A stretch of DNA of 64,000 bases from Adineta vaga (taxonomy: Eukaryota > Animalia > Rotifera): contig CP075492.1 in assembly GCA_021613535.1 (NCBI GenBank), positions 7,936,001 to 8,000,000 of the forward strand, given 5' to 3'. The notes under the pieces are model-generated. The model was not told where the DNA came from, ran no database searches, and saw nothing but the letters and a program-made list of their open reading frames with translations. The translations under genes and the position numbers were made by a program. Shown one piece after another: positions 1 to 10,896 of the stretch (position 1 is the first letter of the stretch; every line of letters starts with the position of its first letter).

Positions 1-1408
1 TTGTAACTGTCGCACGAAAACTAACATCACATGGTGTTACTGCATTTGTACCAACTGTCGTCAGTTCAAAAGCGGAAACATATAAAGCAGTTTTACCTAA
101 ATATAAACGACGAGCTGGATCAGCAAAAGATGGAGCGACTATTCTTGGTTTGAACGAAAGTTTTATTTGTGTAAAATTCTATCTTGTCATTTCTTTAGGT
201 ATTCACATTGAAGGTCCATTTATTGATGAAAAAAAACGTGGTGCTCATCGAACAGATTTTCTTCTTCAAACTCCACATGGAATGGAAGATTTATATGCAT
301 GTTATGGTTCATTCGATAATATTTCGATCATAACTGTTGCACCAGAAATTCCTAATATGATTGACAATGTTATACCGGAATTAGTAGAAAAACATGGCAT
401 TGTTGTTTCCGTTGGTCATTCTATAGCTTCATTAGATATCGGTGAACGAGCTGTTTGTGCCGGTGCGAGATTTATAACTCATCTTTTCAATGCAATGCTT
501 CCCTTTCATCATCGTGATCCAGGTCTTGTTGGTAAGATCCGAAATCCTCTATTTGAATATAAACTAATTTTTCTTACGAAAAGGTCTTTTAACAAGTCAT
601 CGTCTTCCAGCGACAACAATTATTCATTATGGTTTAATTGCCGATGGTATTCATACACATTCAGCTGCTGTACGTCTTGCTCATCGTGTACATCCTCAAG
701 GTCTTGTTCTTGTAACTGATGCAGTACCAGCATTAGGACTACCAGATGGAACATATCATATGGGTGCTGATCAAATTATTGTAGAAAATAAACGTGCAAC
801 TATCGCTGGTACACAAACATTATGTGGTAGTATTGCATCATTAGCAGAATGTGTTCAAAATATGCGACAAGCTTTACTTGATGGAGAAACAAACAAAAAT
901 GTTGAAGAAAAAAATGAGAAACAATTCATTGTCGAATGTATTGAAGCAGCAACTCTTCATCCAGCTTCAGGTAAATTTTCAATTAAAAATACGTCTTCAA
1001 ACATATTATGTTTCGGCATCAAGCGGAACGAGAAAAAAAACCGTTTGTTTACTGTTTAACTTTCGGTTGAACTCGAGAAAGTACAAAGAAAATTTTTTCA
1101 TCATATAAGAGGAAATCGGTAGAGTAGTATCCGGCTTCTCAACTGTATACATTGACGGTGATCAGCATTAATAGCCGGAAATTTTTGTAGTCTATCATAA
1201 CATCTAGCAAATTAAGTTAATGATTTATATTTTAGTACTTCATATCGAAAATCAAAAAGGTACATTATCATTCGGCGCCGATGCGGATTTTATTTTTCTT
1301 GATAATAAACTTAATGTTTTATCGACATTTATCGCTGGTGAACAAGCATGGTCAGTCAATGATCAATGGTCAATTAGCAATCTTCATACAAATAAATTCA
1401 GTCAATAA
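1..1408 (+). CDS. AMDHD2: N-acetylglucosamine-6-phosphate deacetylase (NagA/AMDHD2), 5'-truncated; exons approx. <1-147, 199-531, 584-970, 1236-1408
   Basis: Spliced translation gives [79 protein letters not shown]; GT-AG introns keep frame. Confidence 0.95.
1124..1210 (+). ncRNA. Candidate Sm-site small RNA inside an AMDHD2 intron (unassigned family)
   Basis: Perfect 7-bp stem TCCGGCT(1130-1136)/AGCCGGA(1173-1179) directly followed by AATTTTTG (1180-1187, Sm consensus), in a 265-nt intron where about 55 nt is typical. Confidence 0.3.
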
Positions 1409-1601
1409 ATTTCAGTTTTTGTTTTAAATTTTTCTGTGATATACCTTAATGTATTATCTTACTTTTAATCTCAGGGAACTCGATTGATTTAGAAATTTTT
1501 AGAGAAGATATCTATTGATTTATTTTGTTTTTGATTAGTAATTTTATTAAGACAATAATACAACGATTATTTTTTTGTTTTAGATAAAAAGAAAAAAGAT
1601 C

Positions 1602-2048
1602 ATGCCACTGGGACCAAAGATTTATTTAAAACGACGAGAAACATTCTCTGCTGCTCACCGTTTACATTCCATAAATTTATCTGAGAATGAAAATATTCAA
1701 TTGTATAGTAAATGTAATAATCCAAATGGACACGGTCATAATTATATACTTGAAGTTACTGTTGCTGGTTATATTAATCCAATAACAGGCATGGTCATGA
1801 ATATAACTGATCTAAAAAACTTGATTCAAACTCAAGTATTAGATCTAGTCGACCATAAACATCTTGATTTAGATGTAGAACATTTTCGAACGAAAAATCT
1901 AGTCAGTACAACAGAGAACTTGGCTGTCTTTGTTTGGGAACAGTTAGTTTCTAAGATTGAACAATTTAGTCAGAATAATAATGTTCAATTGTATGAAATA
2001 AAACTTCATGAAACTGAGAAAAATATTGTTGTGTATCGTGGAGAATAG
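1602..2048 (+). CDS. PTS: 6-pyruvoyl-tetrahydropterin synthase, intronless
   Basis: FSAAHRLH, KCNNPNGHGHNY, DHKHLDLDV, STTENLA, LHETEKN motifs; 148 aa. Confidence 0.96.
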   Translation: MPLGPKIYLKRRETFSAAHRLHSINLSENENIQLYSKCNNPNGHGHNYILEVTVAGYINPITGMVMNITDLKNLIQTQVLDLVDHKHLDLDVEHFRTKNLVSTTENLAVFVWEQLVSKIEQFSQNNNVQLYEIKLHETEKNIVVYRGE

Positions 2049-2112
2049 TCATTTTATTTTATCTATATTTATAAATATATATATGTATCGGTGTTGTTAT
2101 TTTTAGATCGGC

Positions 2113-4105
2113 ATGTCTCATATTGTTTCATTGCGTAGTGCATCATTACGAGCGCTACGCTCAGGTTCAACAGCCAGTTCAACTGTTGTTGCAGCAACGA
2201 GATGTGCAACCTACCCGCATCGATCAATTGGACAACAGCAACAATATTCGTTTTCAACTTTATCATCATCATCACCAACTCGAATTATATCAAGTGAAAG
2301 ACAACGAGTAAGTCATTCATTCTTCCAAGAAAGATTATGTTTATACCAGAGGGAAATCGCTTTCTATATAAAAAGAACACCGGAACTAATATTTCTTTCT
2401 TTTTTAGACACTTTCTGAACAAACACTTGTCGTTGATTCATCGAATACTGGTCTCTACGCATTAACTCGTCGTCTTCATACTAGTCCAATTCTCTGTATA
2501 TATTTGTTGTTTTTATGCTTCCGTACATTGAGTGCTTTTTGTTTTTTTACTATACAGTTGATTCAGTCAGTGTTTCAACACCATCATTTCCTGAATCGGT
2601 CAAAGATGGAACAATACGTTTTTTGAAAAAAGTCGGTGACAAAGTTGCAGCTGATGAAACCATCGCAGAAATTGAAACCGATAAAACCAATTTAAGTGTG
2701 AATACACCACAAGGAGGTGTTATTGAATCACTCGTTGTTGCTGATGGAGATAATGTAACATCCGGAGCAGTTGTAGCAAAGATTGATACAAGCGGTAGTG
2801 GTACAAAACCAATTTCAGCTACAAAAGGTAAGTTTGAAAGAAAACTTCTTCATTAAACTAATTGATCATTTGTTATTTTTATTTCGTTGAAATTGAAGAT
2901 GCTCAAAGTAAATCCACCGATAAAGTTGATGCTGAGAAAACAAAAGCAGAATCAACGAAAAAATCATCGGATACAAGTGGATCAGCTCCAAGTAAGACAC
3001 CATCGGTACCAGCAACACCTAAAGGTCCACAACGTGAAACACCAACATCACACATCTCAGTAACACCTGCTAAACAACAAACACAACAAGCAATAGGTAG
3101 TAGTGGCGCAGATCCAAATAAAATCTTGGGCACACGATCAGAAACAAGAGTTAAAATGTCTCGAATGCGATTGAAAATAGCTGAACGTCTTAAAGAAGCA
3201 CAAAATACATGTGCAATGTTAACAACGTTTAATGAAATCGATATGGGGTAATGATGAACAATTATCTATAGAAAAAAAAATTTTACAAATTTATTTGTTG
3301 TAGTAATTTGGTTGAATTTCGTAAAAAATATGCTGATCAATTTCTTAAACGTCATAATATGAAATTAGGATTTATGTCTGCTTTTGTAAAAGCATCCGCA
3401 TGTGCACTTGTTGATAATCCGATTGTCAATGCAGGTAGGATTAATCAATTCAGAGTTTCATCAGTTTGATCAGCTTTTTCTCTTGATTATAGTTATTGAT
3501 GGAAATGAAATTGTCTATCGAGATTATGTGGATATCAGTGTTGCTGTTGCAGCACCCAAAGTATTTCTTATTTTCGCATGAAAAAAGACGCATGAAAATA
3601 AAACAATTTTCTATTAGGGTTTGGTTGTACCGGTTCTTCGAAATGTTGAGAGAATGAATTTTGCCGATATTGAACGAACAATTAGTGAATTTGGTGAAAA
3701 GGTAACGGATATTTTCCATTTTTATTCATATGATTAAATTGTCTTTGTTTTCTAGGCAAAAAAAGGTGCTCTAGCAATCGAAGATATGGATGGTGGTACA
3801 TTTACAATTAGCAATGGAGGAGTTTTTGGTTCATTATTTGGTACACCAATTATCAATCCTCCACAATCAGCTATTCTTGGTATGCATGGAATTTTCGATC
3901 GACCAGTAGCTGTTAATGGCAAAGTAAAATGTTCATTCTTTCATTTCCTTATTTTGTTTCTATTTTCCTAGATTGAAATACGTCCAATGATGTATGTTGC
4001 TCTTACATATGATCATCGTGTCTTGGACGGTCGTGATGCTGTACTATTTCTTCGCAAAATTAAACAATATGTCGAAGATTCACGTTCAATTTTTCTCGAA
4101 TTATA
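2113..4105 (+). CDS. DLST: Dihydrolipoamide succinyltransferase (2-oxoglutarate dehydrogenase E2), multi-exon
   Basis: Arg/Ser-rich presequence, lipoyl domain [66 protein letters not shown]. Confidence 0.96.
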
Positions 4106-4587
4106 AAAAGAAAAACGAGAAAAGATCTGTTCAATCTTATTTTCTAGCATTATTCTTTTGTTGCACTTCTCTCGTGTTTGTTTTTCAATTACACATGAAC
4201 TTTATTCAATCCTAGTTTTTTCTTTTCCTAATACATAGACAGTTTTCTATCTGAAAGAAAAAGACAAATATTCGACTAACCTATCCAAGAAAAAACGCCG
4301 TTGACTATCTAGTTCTCTTTTTTTTCTGTCTCTCCACTCATTTGATTTATTCTTTTCCTTATATTATATTTTTTGCTTCTGTGTGTGAATTCCACCTATA
4401 CACAACAAAAGAATAGATTATACTATAAAAAAAAACTAATGATCTTCTTGTTTTGTTTCATTTTAAATTTAGAACTACATGTACGACAAAAACTGTTCCG
4501 CTTCTTCCCGTTTTCTTTCGTTCTATTAGTTACAATCGAGATACAATGATAGACATGTACATATGAATGGAAGAAGAGAACGAGTGC

Positions 4588-4614
4588 GCGCATGCGAGAG
4601 AGAGAGAGAGAGAG
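4588..4614. promoter_or_regulatory. NRF1/Ewg-like GCGCATGCG site abutting a (GA)n tract upstream of RAB10
   Basis: gcgcatgcg at 4588-4596 followed by about 9 GA units; GC-rich motif in AT-rich intergenic DNA. Confidence 0.3.
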
Positions 4615-5164
4615 CGAGAAAAATGTTGATCATCCCTATTCTGTTGCTTTTATTGCCGCAGGATTGAGAATAATATTCAATTTCCTTCCTTTTCTCTTCG
4701 TCTTCAACACCTGATGAATGTCAGCAATGTTAGATAGTCAGTTGTTGTAACTATTGAACCACTTTCGTTGTCATCATCGTTTGTTATGTCTTCTGTTCAT
4801 CATCATCGTCATCGACGATGTTTTTCATTGAAACGAACGAGTGAATATGCTCAACATTGGTTACATGAACGTACCTCATCTGCATCTCGTCGGCATCAAT
4901 CGCTCAAACGCGATGCTTCATCCACTATCGACATTAGTCAGAAGGTAGTTTGCATTTTTATTGTTGATTGATGAATTAGTGTTATAGAGGATATAACGAC
5001 CCTTTTCCTCTCTCTCCCTCTCTCTCTCTCTCTTTCGATAGATATATCCGTCTAGTTCTTCTTTTATTCAGTCATATCTACAGATAGATTATCTTAACTG
5101 TTATTGATGATAGACATAAACTAATGTATAATTAATTTCTCTTTTGTAGAACACTGGCCTGAGA

Positions 5165-6131
5165 ATGGCCAAGAAAAATTATGATCTTCTATTTAAATTA
5201 TTATTAATTGGCGATAGTGGTGTTGGTAAAGTAAGTAAATTGAAAATGAAATCAATGAATTTGTATTTTTGATTTCTTTAGACTTGTATTTTATTTCGAT
5301 TTTCGGATGATTCATTTAATGCATCATTTATTTCCACAATTGGAATTGATTTTAAAATAAAAACAATTGAACTTGATGGTCGAAAGATCAAATTACAGAT
5401 CTGGTAAGATTTTCTATACGATTGACACGGCTATCACTCCTTTTTTTTCCTATCCTTCGAACAGAACATCTAACATGTACTTATAGAGATAATCATCTTT
5501 ACCTGTCTTTGATAAGAATGAATAACGTTGCACGTTCGTTGTATTAATTGCTTTAAATAATCTATCTATTATAGTTGATTAGTATCGCTGAACTAAATAT
5601 CTCTATTGAATCGAAAGGACGACTTGACGAATAACTTCACATTTTATATTGTTTCTTAGGGATACCGCTGGTCAAGAACGATTTCATACAATAACTAGTG
5701 AGTTCTATCCGTTTCTTATTTATAAAACTAACGTATCGATTATTTTAGCATCTTACTATCGAGGAGCAACAGGAATTATGCTTGTATATGATGTTACTCA
5801 AGTACGATCATTTGAAAATACCAACAAATGGCTACGTAATATTGATGATCATGCTTCCGATGATGTAGTGAAAATGCTTATTGGAAATAAGTGTGACATG
5901 GACGATAAACGTTGTATAACACGAACACGCGGTGATGCACTCGCTCGAGAACATAGTATTCCATTTCTCGAAACCTCCGCAAAAAATAATATCAATATTG
6001 AAAAAGCATTTTTCGAAATGGCAAGATTGATCCTAAAAAAAACTCCAGTAAATTCAACTGAAGGACCATCTGGTATAACACCTGGTCCATCACCAGGCAA
6101 TAAACCATCCAATTGTATGAATTGCATGTAA
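5165..6131 (+). CDS. RAB10: Rab10 small GTPase; possible N-extended isoform from exon 4786-4944
   Basis: Spliced: [86 protein letters not shown], matching Rab10. Confidence 0.88.
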
Positions 6132-6819
6132 AACCGAAAGAAAATTGATCAGTCAATGTATTCTATTCATCAGTCAAAAAAAATTACGAAAAAAAAGCAG
6201 AAATTTCTATACATATATATATATATATATGAAAAGATTTATTTGTCTTTATTATCATTGTCGTCAACTTTTTCTTTCTTTCTTTCTTTCTTTATCTGTT
6301 GTTGGTTCTATTCTTTCTCTCTTTAAACATATGCGAGTGTATGTATAATTTCTTCTTTCTTTTTTCTTGTTCATCAAACGGTATTTGGATATGTTAATAT
6401 AAAGTAAGACTTTCAAAAAGAGACAGAGTCGGGAAGTGAATATAAATAAGTATTTGATTATGATATCAAGGATCATTCCATATGTTGATAGCAAGTGCAA
6501 GTGAAACTATAAAAAAGAAACACGTAACTACTCATAAAAGCTCAAGTATTCAATTAGATTTATAACCATCATGATTTCACACAGTGCGTAATCGAAGAAT
6601 TCTTTCTTAGTTATTTATATGAGAATTAAATCATGTTGATTTAAAGTTCCATTTACTCAATAATCGAAGACAAAGAAATGTCGATAAGTACAAATAAATG
6701 GACTTGATCTAACCTTGTATTCTGTTTATATATATATATATATATATCAATCGAATGGATGCATATTGTATGATTCAATATTGATCTCATAAGTATTCCT
6801 ATATCCATTATAAGTTTAA

Positions 6820-7719
6820 TTATGAAAAGTTCCTTGTTGATGGTTGAACTTTTATCAATGTTTGTTGAAAATAAATTTTAATGATATTTCGTATATCACG
6901 ATCGATGATAAGTGTTGCACCTTTTTCAATAGCTAAGGCGAGTGAAACAGAAATAATACCAATTGAATAGAATAAATCAATTTTAGTCAACATAAAAAGA
7001 ATGATTGGAAGAGCACCAAATATATAAATTGAAAATAGAATCATGATATTATACAACACTTCAAGATCACGATGGGATCGAATTTTTCGTTGTATAACAA
7101 ATATACTATGTCTTCGACGTTTTATTCGAACGTAAATATAAATATATATTATAAAAATAATGATTGTTGGAATGAGATAATATGCGATAGCAGTGTAAGC
7201 AACGTGTAAAGTATATTCTTTTGGTACCCAACAAAGAGCATCTGGACGATAACGAATATCGTTAGTTAATAGAGCAGGTAAAGGAACAAGAATGACGATA
7301 AACCAATGGATAAAAATAAGAATAAAATGAATTTTAAATGTAGTTAACCAACGATATTTACGAGCAAGAATAGAAATAAAAAATCGAGAAATAGCTTGAA
7401 TGAAATATGAATAAACAATTGCTGCAACGGTCATATAACCGAAAAATCCTCGCCATCGACATGATATATCATCGGTTTCCCATGGAATAAAAGCAAGATA
7501 GATATAGTTGATCGATTGAACAAAACAGTAGAATATCAATGCAATTGATCCATTACATATCAAAAGATGTGTTACCGTATGTAATCGTTTGATACAAATA
7601 ATTAAAGTTAAAATTGTACAAGCGATCATAAAAGCGACTAAAATACACATTAATGACAGTGGAATCATAATATAATATCTTATCATTTGTGATGATGTTA
7701 ATACTACCGAGAAGTTCAT
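6820..7719 (-). CDS. Orphan rhodopsin-like 7TM receptor, intronless
   Basis: 299 aa, seven hydrophobic segments, Cys at top of TM3 (SCRWRG) and in ECL2 (LCW), QAISR in place of DRY, YYLIP in TM5. Confidence 0.8.
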   Translation of the reverse strand: MNFSVVLTSSQMIRYYIMIPLSLMCILVAFMIACTILTLIICIKRLHTVTHLLICNGSIALIFYCFVQSINYIYLAFIPWETDDISCRWRGFFGYMTVAAIVYSYFIQAISRFFISILARKYRWLTTFKIHFILIFIHWFIVILVPLPALLTNDIRYRPDALCWVPKEYTLHVAYTAIAYYLIPTIIIFIIYIYIYVRIKRRRHSIFVIQRKIRSHRDLEVLYNIMILFSIYIFGALPIILFMLTKIDLFYSIGIISVSLALAIEKGATLIIDRDIRNIIKIYFQQTLIKVQPSTRNFS

Positions 7720-7848
7720 ATTCAGACAATTGTATTTGAATACTGAAATATATAATCTAGTAGAAGAGAGTAAGATTTATTTCCTGAAAACTATTCGACA
7801 GATGTTCTATCGTTTTTGATAATCAATTTACAAATGATCAGAATGAAA

Positions 7849-7894
7849 TGACAATATAGCATATTCAATATTGACAATATAGCATATTCAATAT
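7849..7894. repeat. Perfect 23-bp tandem duplication
   Basis: TGACAATATAGCATATTCAATAT x2. Confidence 0.9.
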
Positions 7895-8620
7895 TGTCAT
7901 TATTGTATATGGTTTTAAATTGTAGACAATCATGAACTACTTCAACGATTATATTACTTTGATGTATACTTTAATTTATTTCCTATATTTATCAGAAGAT
8001 CTTGAAAGTTTATTAGATAAGAACGCGTCATTATCAATGTTAGAAGCTATTTAATATTATTTCATGGAAACAATACATCAGTCATTATCGAGATGATGTG
8101 ATTATTTTCACATTTAATGACAGGACCAACGGTAACACTTTTGAGAACGACTTAATATGACATAGATAAAAAACATTCTGTGACTATGACAGTAAACATG
8201 CTGCTTTTCTCTTTAAATATAGACCTGAATGTTCTTATTATCTTTTATCTTCGTTTTAGATCAGATCTTAAAGAAAAAAGAACAGGAAAAGTCATCTATC
8301 AAATTGTGAGGTAGTCTGGTTTTTGTTTACTTTTTTTTGTATTCTGTTTTTATTCAATTGATCCAGCATAAAGACGTGACAAACGTTTTTCATATTTTAT
8401 CATTTGTTCAATATGTTCATTAAAATAAAGATGATGAACTTAATCATAAGGTCAATAGTTCTTTTTTATTGACACAACACGACACGAGTGCAACATAGTT
8501 GTCCACATTTGTATCTTAAAAGCTTATCACTGAAATATTATGTTCAGTTCCATTGTATATAGAATAATGCGTATTATTCTCTTTTCTTTTGTTAGTTAAT
8601 TGTTAAAACAAAATTTAACA

Positions 8621-9895
8621 ATGGAAAATAAGATTCCGACAATTAGCCGTGATCAAACTTTATCTGATATTACACGAAGAAAATCAAGAAAAGATCCATC
8701 TGAATGTAGAATTTGTGGGGCTTCTGCTCTATATTGTTACTATGGAGCTATTGTATGTGATTCATGCAAAATATTCTTCAAACGTAATGGACTTAAAAAA
8801 CAAGTAAAATCGAACAAAGAATGATTTTATTTTGTTCTATTATATAGCTTTGTTTTCAGAGACATTTTACTTGTTTGAATAATGGTCATTGTGAAATTAA
8901 TATTCTCAATCGGCGTATGTGTTCTTCATGCCGTCTTGCTAAATGTATTTCTAATGGAATGCAAATTGAGTTGTTTCGACCTTCTGCAGCAAAATCACAT
9001 CGAACTAACCGTAAATTCAAGTCAGCAACTTCAACAATAGATATTACATCAAAACGAACAGAATCCAATGTACCAATACAGGTTATAACTATATATATAT
9101 ATATATACTCATGAATCTCTATAGCGATGTTCTTTTTTCATTCAGCTACCGACATTGAATTTATTACGAGCAGATCGATCAACATTGACTTATGAACAAT
9201 GGACGCTTCTCTCAAATATAATCCATTGTCATGATGAATATAGCAGATTTTCTATAGGTGAACAGTTTTTACAACAACAAAACAAATTACCTATAAAGAT
9301 ACGCTTCAAAATCGAGACAACAAAGGAATTCTTCAAATCATGTGCTAGTGGAGCTCAACTTTTGTTTGAAAATATTCAAGATTTTGTCTCATTATCATCA
9401 CAGGATCGTTCTCTTTTACTTCGCAATACAATGAAACATATCGGTGGTCTAACTGCATGTATTATATTTCAAACTAGTAAACTATTTGACAATCCGGCGT
9501 TTTGCAATACTGGCGAGACTGTTTATGGTGTAGATACATTTAACAGCAAATATTCAGCAATTTACTATGATTCTAATGAAATATTTATGAAGTTAATCTT
9601 AACAATTTTGATTTTTTCCACGCCAGAGTATGTCCGATATACCGATACACCTTGTCATAATTTACAAGATGCGAAAACCATATATCATATACAGGAAAAG
9701 TACATTGAATTAGCTTGGAAATATTTACTATATAAATACGATCATGATCAAGCTGTTCGATGTTTTTCGAACTTTATTCGATGTTATCTCCTTTTAAATA
9801 AGGCTGTTGTCGCAGCTGTAGATCTTCAACATTACAAAGATCTAATCGATTCATTGGTGAAACAAACAGAACAATCACTTGTATTTACTAATTAG
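8621..9895 (+). CDS. Divergent nuclear hormone receptor (NR1I/J-like); exons approx. 8621-8803, 8860-9081, 9147-9895
   Basis: Two C4 zinc fingers CRICG..CDSCKIFFKR and C.NNGHC..CSSCRLAKC..GM; LBD signature FENIQDFVSLSSQDRSLLL. Confidence 0.88.
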
Positions 9896-9991
9896 TTTAA
9901 TTTTATAATTCATGATTACTAATGAATAGAATAAACATTTTTGTCTGAAACCGACATCTCATCAGTACTCTTCAACGTTTCGAACAAAGAA

Positions 9992-10896
9992 TTAAACATG
10001 GTGCATTTGTGGAATTAAATCTGATGATAAAGTTAAGTCTTGTGATGGTCGTCTGGTGTTTCCCATTCGATATTCTTGTACTGTCATATGTGCATGATGA
10101 GATTCAAGTGATTTTCGTACTGAATTATGACTAAGTTCGTCATCTGACAACGTCAAAGATATTCGATGATTTCGTGATGTATGATTATGATCATCGAGAG
10201 ATGTTTGTACACTAACATCACAACATTTGATTGTTTGATGACATTTAGAACAAATAAAATGTGTTGAAGGATAACGATGAACAGTATTCGTTTTAAATAA
10301 GGATTCAGCTAGATGAAGATTATCAGCAGCAGTAGTTGTTGATACAGGTGTTTGAATGACTACTGGTGATGGAGATGTCGTTGTATTGAATAATGGAAGT
10401 GGTGTGACAAATGTCGGAGGAAATGTTGGAATTATTACACTATGTTGAAATTGCATTGGTTGATCTGTTGGCGTCTAAAAGACAGAAAGACAGAGATTAT
10501 AAAAGTATGAATATTTATTCGTACTAATTCGTTTCTAGCTTTTGATTGTTCCTGAATGTATTCTGAAGTACTTGTAGATATGAATTCATTTGGATGTCGA
10601 TGTAAAAGTCGAACAGCTAGATTACAATCATCTTTATATCGTTGTTTTTCCGTTTCTAAATCATACACTGTATCTTCTAAATGAAGAATTTTTTGTTTAG
10701 CATCAATAAGATCTTGTTCAAGTTGATTTTTTTCATTAGAATATGTTTCAACAATGGTAAGAATTCTTTCTTCTAAAAGACTATTGTCTTTTTGTAATTG
10801 ACCATGTACATCAACTAATTTCGAATATCGTTCACGTATGAGATTAAGTTCACGAGTGAGAGATTGAATTTGTTCATTTGTATTATTTATTTCCAT
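9992..10896 (-). CDS. TJAP1/BEGAIN-like coiled-coil protein, two exons
   Basis: Long heptad region ending in RYKDDCNLAVRLL (family motif RY..DCNLAVQLL as I recall it), followed by IPTFPPT; intron about 10477-10526. Confidence 0.65.

Noticed and set aside
1124-1210. Identification of the intronic element as U2 snRNA or the canonical bdelloid SL RNA
   Set aside because: Lacks the U2 5' end and 3' stem-loops III/IV; resemblance to the SL exon as I recall it (GGCTT..CAACT) is too partial. Kept only as an unassigned candidate.
2069-6500. Short antisense or shifted ORFs (2069-2278, 2123-2311, 2903-3133, 3450-3719, 5849-6127, 6145-6348, 6264-6500)
   Set aside because: Shadows of real exons or low-complexity UTR sequence with no recognisable motifs.
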